Positions 56,988-64,000 of a stretch of DNA of 64,000 nt are shown piece by piece (position 1 is the stretch's first letter; each line of letters opens with the position of its first letter). The stretch is from contig JAANOX010000243.1 of assembly GCA_020184695.1 (NCBI GenBank), positions 434,001-498,000 on the forward strand, given 5' to 3'. Source of the stretch: Histomonas meleagridis 2922-C6/04-290x (lineage: Eukaryota; Protista; Parabasalia). The position numbers were made by a program, and so were the translations under genes. A model generated the notes under the pieces. The model had not been told where the DNA came from. It made no database searches and saw only the letters and a program-made list of their open reading frames with translations.

Positions 56988-59144
56988 TCATTTAGCAATT
57001 GCATTTCGTAAAACGTTTCTATCAGTATCATTTTGCAAGTTATCTGCCAGCAATTGGTCGAAGTTGTCGACATTGTTCACCACGTCGCACACGGCGCATT
57101 TTGCGTATTTCCGAACTTCCTGATTTGCGTCCCCCATTAAATCGGCCAACGTCTTCATTAGCTTCGAGTAATTTGTAGTTTTGCTTATTATTGTTGACAA
57201 ACAAAACGCAATTTTAATTCGACATGCTGCGTGTTTACGATTATGTTCACGTATTAATATGTCAATGGACTGCTGAATAGGAATCGCATTAATGAGCGCA
57301 ATGAAACATTCACCAGCTAATGATGATATAAAGTGATGACTCGAAGTAAGTAACTGTAATATGTTAGGAGCAATTGAATCAGCAATTCGATCGAAATCAA
57401 TTTTGTCATTCTTAAGTAACTTAAGTAAACAGTTAAGGGCATTTTTGGCTAACGTGGAACGTAATGAGGACGAACATTCAAGTAGTATCATAATAATGTC
57501 CTTAAGATTGGTAATAATCGGTGTGATAAATTTATCAATATTGGGAATGAGATTAAGGATACCGTCGTTTTGGACATTCCACTCACTGTTACTGAGCTGC
57601 TCATATACGCTTTGGAAGGTAACTTTGGGAGCTTGCTTCTTGGGTGGTGGAACTGGAAATGTCGTATTGGATTGTCTTCGAGGTTTAACACGAAGTTGTC
57701 GTGGCTTAGGTTTGGGCCGAACTAATGACTTAGACTTAGATTCAACATCTGATTGAATTGGTGATGAACTTCCATCACCTAAATCATAATGTCCTGAAGT
57801 TTGAATTGGCTGTGAATCAATAGCTGCATAGTCGCTTAGAATATTATGGGAAGAATTGGTAGTAATGCTATGGCTTCGAGTTTTGATAATCACATCTCTG
57901 TTGATAAGCCGTTTATGTACTGGAGACCGTTTAATAACAGACCGTTTATTTTCGGTTTCGTTTTTTGGTGAATCTAGAAAATCAAAATTGTCTGGAGTGG
58001 GAATTGGTTGTGTCTTACTAAATGCATTAGAAGGAGGAGGGAAAGTTTGTGGCGATGGCTGCTTCTCTTCAAATTCTTCTTCTTCTTCGACAGGTGATTC
58101 AATAACATCTTCATCATCAAGTATTGTGCTTGGAAGAAAAATACTTTGCGTCTTCGAAAAATTGTTTTCGTTTGATAAAAGGTTTTGATTTGTCTCTAAT
58201 GAATCAGTTAAATCATTATTGACCGGTGTTGTATGTGATGTTGAAATTAGTCGAGAAGGGATTGAACCAAGAACTGCTTGATTACGTTGCTTCATTCCAC
58301 TTGGGAGAAGAGGTCTTTGGTAGCTATGTCCATTTGATGTGTTGTTAATTTTTGGTATTTGTTTGGCTGAAAAAAGAGATTTGAGTGTTACGTTCTCTGC
58401 TGTATTAATTTGCCTAGCCCATTCTTGGCCTCTTTTTGTGTCATAATTTCCTTTGGTGATGATGTTAATCGAGTTTTTGGATAATAGACTGATGAGAATA
58501 TCATACGTTTTAGGCTCAATCTTTTTAATGTTATCAAGGCACCATAGAATAGCTTGTCTTACAGAGGTTTGATTAATGTTTAATGCATCATCGAAGAAAA
58601 ATGGAAATTGAATAAGAGTCAAGGGCTTAACTAAACCTTGTGAAAGAAGACTTGTAATACACCGAAAAACTGCAGTATATGATTTTGCTGATGGAGTTAC
58701 TTGTGATGCTATTTGACGAATTACAACTTCATCATCAAGAATTGTAATAAGATCACATAAAAGATTTTGACCTAGATGAAAAATAAATCTCCGGCTATCT
58801 AACAATTGCGTAATTGCAATTGAAATAAAATATCTAAGATTCTTTTTAATCTCATCTGGATCAACTTTTGCTATTAACTTTGATATAAATGACGACAAGT
58901 TTTGTGCGACAGAGAAATTTTCATCATTTATTACTTTTTCCAAAAATTGTAGAAGGTTTGATAATTCGATCTTTTTAGTGTCAATTTGTTGAAATGTATC
59001 TAGAAGTTTTTGCGAAATTGAAATCCTTTGATTGTAGTCTGTTGATTGTAGATTATTTAAATCAGAAGGCTCAAGAAAACCAAAATCCAGCTCCAAGAAA
59101 CTATAAGAACCATCGTAAGCCATTGAATTCCATTCGTTTGTCAA
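56988..59144 (-). CDS. TOG/CLASP-N domain microtubule-binding protein (TOGARAM/CLASP-like)
   Basis: Two HEAT-repeat blocks around an S/P-rich linker; W..QNDGI, SSLRSTLAKNALNCL, D.NQEVRKYAK. Confidence 0.7.
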   Translation of the reverse strand: MTNEWNSMAYDGSYSFLELDFGFLEPSDLNNLQSTDYNQRISISQKLLDTFQQIDTKKIELSNLLQFLEKVINDENFSVAQNLSSFISKLIAKVDPDEIKKNLRYFISIAITQLLDSRRFIFHLGQNLLCDLITILDDEVVIRQIASQVTPSAKSYTAVFRCITSLLSQGLVKPLTLIQFPFFFDDALNINQTSVRQAILWCLDNIKKIEPKTYDILISLLSKNSINIITKGNYDTKRGQEWARQINTAENVTLKSLFSAKQIPKINNTSNGHSYQRPLLPSGMKQRNQAVLGSIPSRLISTSHTTPVNNDLTDSLETNQNLLSNENNFSKTQSIFLPSTILDDEDVIESPVEEEEEFEEKQPSPQTFPPPSNAFSKTQPIPTPDNFDFLDSPKNETENKRSVIKRSPVHKRLINRDVIIKTRSHSITTNSSHNILSDYAAIDSQPIQTSGHYDLGDGSSSPIQSDVESKSKSLVRPKPKPRQLRVKPRRQSNTTFPVPPPKKQAPKVTFQSVYEQLSNSEWNVQNDGILNLIPNIDKFITPIITNLKDIIMILLECSSSLRSTLAKNALNCLLKLLKNDKIDFDRIADSIAPNILQLLTSSHHFISSLAGECFIALINAIPIQQSIDILIREHNRKHAACRIKIAFCLSTIISKTTNYSKLMKTLADLMGDANQEVRKYAKCAVCDVVNNVDNFDQLLADNLQNDTDRNVLRNAIAK

Positions 59145-60659
59145 GTTTTTCTATAGCAAAAATTGTTTACACCTTTACAACATAACGTACATTTCTCAGC
59201 TTGTTTAATTGTGTTAGCTAAAAGCGCATATTAATTATGTTAATATCCTTCACAAAAAAATCTGGGTTCTTTCGAACCTTGAATAACGCCTTCAGTGCAG
59301 TTTTGGAAACAGGAAAATCATTTTCCAACGAATCGTTTTTTTATTTGGTTCTGCGTTTCACAAACTTTTTTAATACATTGAAATTGTGGGTTATTTGATT
59401 CCTATCGTACAGGGTACCCTGCCTACTTCTATGAATATATCATCATGACATTGATCTGTACAGATAGAAATAGTTAAACTACTTCGCGAACAAAAAACAA
59501 CCGATACTCACTCCTTCCAATTATTTCTTAGCACTAATACCAAAATAATTTGAAATCCAAACCCAAAAATAAATTAACTTGCATCAACATAACAAGTAAA
59601 CAAAAATGAAACACAGAACAAAAAAGCCATTATATTATTTTTCACCAACAATGGAAGCCTTCATTATGCCTCGTAATATCTATATGCAGTTGAATTATTT
59701 AATCATAAAATCCACAATAGATTTTTATCTGAATTATTTTAGATGCTTTTTTGTTGTAGGTAGGTTTCTTTTCACATGATCTATTCGATGACTATGCTTG
59801 ATTGAGGAAAAAATACATGCAAGAAAACTTGTGATAATTTTCACAAGGTCAATCAATATGACCATAAGCGCTTGGTACACGAATTTTTCGCTAAATTAAA
59901 ATTTATTCTACAGGAAATGGTTGTTTAAATAGTCTTAGTTTTATTTGAAAATATGGCGCACACACGAACAAGATGATTTTTTGAATTGAATTTTTTTATT
60001 CAATTTTGATCAATGCGAAACGACAATTATCACATTCAATTTTTTTAATTTAATTTTATATGATACAAAACGGCACTTATTTTATTCAATTTTATTAATT
60101 TAATTTCACTTGGTGTAAAGAGTCACTTATCGAAAAAAAATTTGAAAGCATAAACTATACAATATCGTTTCTATCGTTATGTAAAATTTACAAAAAGTCG
60201 AGTGAAAAAAAATGGATGATCAATGATCATAAGCACGTTAAAAATGTCACTTTTCATGTGGTTTCCGATAAAATTTTACTCAAAATCTCTGATCGGAAAG
60301 AAGAAAAAAAAAATGATCAATGACCAAAAGGGTAGCTGGTACGATTCCATACAAATATTTTGTATTATGGGACTAAAAATAATAAGGTGTACTTAATAGA
60401 TTTCCATTAAATATTAAGAGTAAATAATACTATGAATCATAATTAATTTTTTGTTGTTATGAATTTTTTCATTTTTTTCACAAAAATTATCATCAAATTA
60501 TATGAAAATCATACAATGAAATATGATATAAAATATTATATTTATCAAATTTTGATTCATATAATAATAATATTAATCAAATGAAATGCGTTAATAATAA
60601 TATATGAAAACAAACTGAATTTAGGAAATGTTTATTTCAATATTTAAATATTAACTCTT

Positions 60660-62760
60660 TTATCCTTGAGAATCTTTTAATTTTATTATGTCGTCACATT
60701 TATGATGTTGAATTTTGTCTGCAAATAATCGAATAATTTCTGCATTTTTCTTTTCTGATGCTATCATAAGCGCTGTTTTATATGTTTATAAGTAATTCCA
60801 AATGTTTATATGAAATTTCATATTATTTCAAAATATTTTAAATAAAACAAAAAAATATCTTTAGCATTGATATCAATATTCTCTTGTTCAAGAAGTAATT
60901 CAACTATTTCTGTATGACCTTTTTCAGATGCCAACATAAGTGCTGTATTAAATAATTTAAATAATTTCCAAATATTATTTTGAAATATTAAATTATTAAA
61001 ATAAATTTCAAATAAAACAAATAAATATCTTTAGCATTTATATCAATTCCTTTTTGATCAAGAAGTAATTTAACTATTTCTGTATAACCATCTCTAGATG
61101 CATACATAAGTGCTGTCCTAAATAATTTAAATAATTTCCAAATATTACTTTGAAATATAAAATTATTAAAACAAATATTAAATAAAAAAAATCAATATTT
61201 TTAGCATTAATATCATTTCCTTCTTGTTCAAGAAGTAATTTAACTATTTCTGTATGACCTTCATAAGATGCCCATATAAGTGCTGTCCAAAATAATTTAA
61301 ATAATTTCCAAATATTATTTTGAAATATAAAATTATTAAAACAAATATTAAATAAAATAAATATCTTTAGCATTAATATCATTTCCTTCTTGTTCAAGAA
61401 GTAATTTAACTATATCTATGTGACCATTTGAAGATACTCTAATAAGTGCTGTCCAAAATAATTTAAATGATTTCCAAATATTATTTTGAAATATAAAATT
61501 ATTAAAATAAATATCAAATAAAAAAAATCAATATTTTTAGCATTAATATCAATTCCTTCTTGTTCAAGAAGTAATTTAACTATTTCTGTATGACCATTTT
61601 CAGATGCTCTAATAAGTGCTGTCCAAAATAATTTAAATAATTCCCAAATATTATTTTGAAATATAAAATTATAAAAATAAATTTTATTTAAAACAAATAA
61701 ATAGATTTAGCATTAACATCAATTCCTTCTTGATCAAGAAGCAATTTAACAATTTCTGTATAACCTTTTTCAGATGCAATCATAAGTGCTGTATCATATA
61801 ATTTAATTAATTTCCAAATATTATATTGTAATCGAAAATTATTAATATAAATTTCATTTTTAGCATTAATATCAATTACTTCTTTTTCAAGAAGTAATTT
61901 AACTATTTCTGTATAACCATTTTTTGAAGCATTTGTTAGTGCTAAAAATATTTAAAAAAAAAATTTAAAAATTTTTATGAAACGATGAAATATTTTAATA
62001 AAAATCTAATGAAATAAGCAAACAATCTTGCTAAAATCAATGTATCTATTGTTAATTAAATAGTTATAAAGTGCCACTTTTCCAGAAAAACCCGAAATTT
62101 TCAAAATATCAATAGGAAGATGATTACTTTCGAGAAAATATTGTGTAATATATAAATTCCCTGTTATGATTGAAGCAATGAGAATATTTTTCATTTATTT
62201 TCATTCCTTCTTTAAGTAAAAATGATAAAAGTTCATAATTATCATGTAAAACACATTTTGCTCCTAATTCTTCTAAATTCTTAATTTCTTTTAACTTATT
62301 ATCATAAAAATATTTAAATATATCATTTCGATGAAATTCTATTGCTGCTTCATATGCATCTTCAAATGTTGAATGATTTTGTTCGCATAAATGAATTATT
62401 TCTTCATTTCCACCTGCAACTGCATATTTACCTGTTTTATCTAATTTTGCTCCATTCATAAGTAAATATTTAAAACATTTAACTGAAGAAAAAAATGCTG
62501 CATAATCAATTAATGTAACATTTTCTTTATTTATAATTGAATATCTTTCATAAAGTGATGGTATTATTGTTTGATTAAAATCGAAGTTTGTTTCTTATGA
62601 TATTTCTTGAAGTTTTTCTATTTCATCATTCCGAATTATTTTCGCAATTTCATTCTGATTTATTCCTTCTTTAACATATTTCTGATGAAGTTCCCAATTA
62701 TTCGCTTTAAGTTTTTCAAGGTTTTTGGAGAAATATTCAGAAAATTGATAACTATAGTTT
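60660..62760 (-). pseudogene. Second DUF3447-ankyrin locus, 5'-truncated; DUF3447 part has a TAA and a +1 frameshift, ankyrin modules are intact
   Basis: IS*ETNFDF versus paralog TSQENFDF; shift at the T5 run 62187-62191 (+ strand); 7 full modules plus terminal module 60660-60776. Confidence 0.75.
60777..62026 (-). repeat. About 170-bp tandem ankyrin module + spacer array
   Basis: Eight spacers in gene order: 81, 66, 83, 83, 79, 83, 83, 83 nt; all modules 87 nt. Confidence 0.95.
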
Positions 62761-64000
62761 AAAACGAAAGAATACTTAAATTTTCATTATTCATTAAAAC
62801 TTTATTATCTTTCTGCCATCCCAAAGGCAGCTCATCATTTATCTCATATACTTGAAGTTTTTCATTAAAAAATATTTCATTATTCAACCAAAACGCATCC
62901 ATCTTGCCCAAATCTTTTTATGAAAATCTTCTGAGTCTTCTCTTATCCCTTTCCGAAGGAAGAAAAACCTGATTCAAAAAGTTGAAAATCCAATTTTTTT
63001 CAAATAAAAATGACGGTTGAAAACCGCTACAAATGATGAGTTGGGAACAATTGCTAAATGAAACTTGTTGGATTTCAGGATATGTAAGAAAAAATAAATT
63101 TTTACCATTTATTATATACATTTTCCATTTTAGATCATATCCATCCGAGTCTAATAAAAAACATATCTGCTAAAATTATTATTCGAAAAAATATGATATA
63201 TTAAATTAGATCGAATAAAAAAATCGATTTGAATAGTAAATTCTCATCTACTTGATATTTTAATTATACATTCTCTAGTTAATAATTCGTCTTATTTTGG
63301 ATTTGATTTTTGCCGAATAAAAAAATCATATCCCAGGTTAAAAAGAGAAAGTCAACCTTCAATTAACTCACACAGTTCAAGAACAAAGGGGTTCACAGCC
63401 AAATTTGAATAGTAGGACGAATAAAAATCACACAATTATCTTATATCGTTTCCGATAACGAAATCGTCAATGAGGGGATATTGATTTATTCTATAATATG
63501 TAAAATTGATCATTATATATATTATGAACTACAAATAATTCCTGTTGCCATATATAAATTACCGATTATAATATATTTGAAAACCGAATCAAAGACATAA
63601 ATCAAAAATTAATATTACATAATTTGAAATGAATAGCATAAAATAAGATTTTAATTATGGGTTTTTTGCTATCGGCAAAAAACATATCCTAGGTCAAAAA
63701 AGAATCATAGTAAATTTACTATTCATGAATTACATCGTTATCGGTTAACGATCTATTCGTAGTCAAATTTGAATAGAAGAACGAACAAAAATCATTCAAT
63801 CAGTTGAAAAAAAAAGACAATAAAAGGAGGATTTTGTTATATAACATGAGTATCGGGAAAAGATTAATACACAGGATGACTGATAATTTTTCAATTGATT
63901 TTGAATTATCATGCGAAGGGGAAAAAAGTACCGTTGAAAAAATTCAATAATAAAAAAACTGTTATTCTAGGTAAAAAAGTTAGGAGAATCACTTAATAAC

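Noticed and set aside
1174-58188. Numerous short ORFs antisense to or overlapping real genes (e.g. 4628, 17955, 20004, 39708, 48843, 57361, 57856)
   Set aside because: Shadow frames of biased codon usage in the true genes; no independent motifs
59200-60600. Transposon or RNA gene in the long intergenic gap
   Set aside because: Only weak short repeats (ATTCAATTTT, ATGATCAATGA); no ORF, terminal repeats, rRNA or tRNA signatures
54040-61397. ORFs 54040-54297 and 61074-61397 as stand-alone single-ankyrin genes
   Set aside because: They start at incidental ATGs inside spacers or out-of-frame modules and are fragments of the arrays
53913-62026. Ankyrin spacers as ordinary GT-AG or U12 AT-AC introns
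   Set aside because: No conserved GT near the 5' end or ATATCC motif; the ACAG at the 3' side belongs to the Thr-Ala codons and is ACTG in two modules; no CTAAC branch point as in the TAF6 intron
53913-62026. 83-nt spacer length as a systematic homopolymer sequencing error of an 84-nt in-frame linker
   Set aside because: Length is constant across spacers with very different run lengths, including ones without long runs; the 66, 79 and 81 nt variants and in-frame stops are not explained by a 1-nt error
62918-63121. Short ORF with a faint LRR-like stretch (QQVSFSNCSQL)
   Set aside because: Single short resemblance, no repeat series
63707-63722. 16-bp perfect palindrome ATAGTAAATTTACTAT
   Set aside because: Nearly all A/T; plausible by chance in this composition, and no associated element
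1-64000. Alternative genetic code (stop reassignment) to explain in-frame TAA/TAG/TGA in the GH, Tubby and DUF3447 genes
   Set aside because: Long conserved genes have no internal stops, and all three codons terminate confident genes (TAA VPS45/RPL35A, TAG TAF6/RasGEF, TGA DCC1/CTL)

Overview
Gene-dense, very AT-rich eukaryotic DNA, almost certainly from a parabasalid (Trichomonas/Tritrichomonas-like). Evidence: an initiator-binding-domain (IBD) gene, DUF3447-ankyrin genes, a TAF6 intron with the fused branch-point/3' splice site typical of trichomonads, and Inr/M3/M5-like core promoter motifs. Housekeeping genes (Rod/KNTC1-like, DCC1, VPS9, FNTA, VPS45, RPC9, Sec7 GEF, CTL/SLC44, RasGEF, RPL35A, CPSF2, TAF6, PDI-like, TOG) are interspersed with accessory or broken genes: a 4-domain saposin, Tubby-like, bacterial-type GT11 and glycoside hydrolase genes, and four DUF3447-ankyrin loci. 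The most striking signal is in two minus-strand ankyrin arrays (53.8-55.3 kb, 60.7-62.0 kb). All 15 full 87-nt ankyrin modules are intact and show synonymous divergence, yet each module is separated by a conserved AT-rich spacer without GT-AG ends. The spacer is exactly 83 nt (frame-breaking) in 13 of 17 cases. This suggests an undescribed non-canonical splicing, bypassing or recoding mechanism acting on a DARPin-like variable binder family. All family assignments are from motif recognition by eye; no searches were run.
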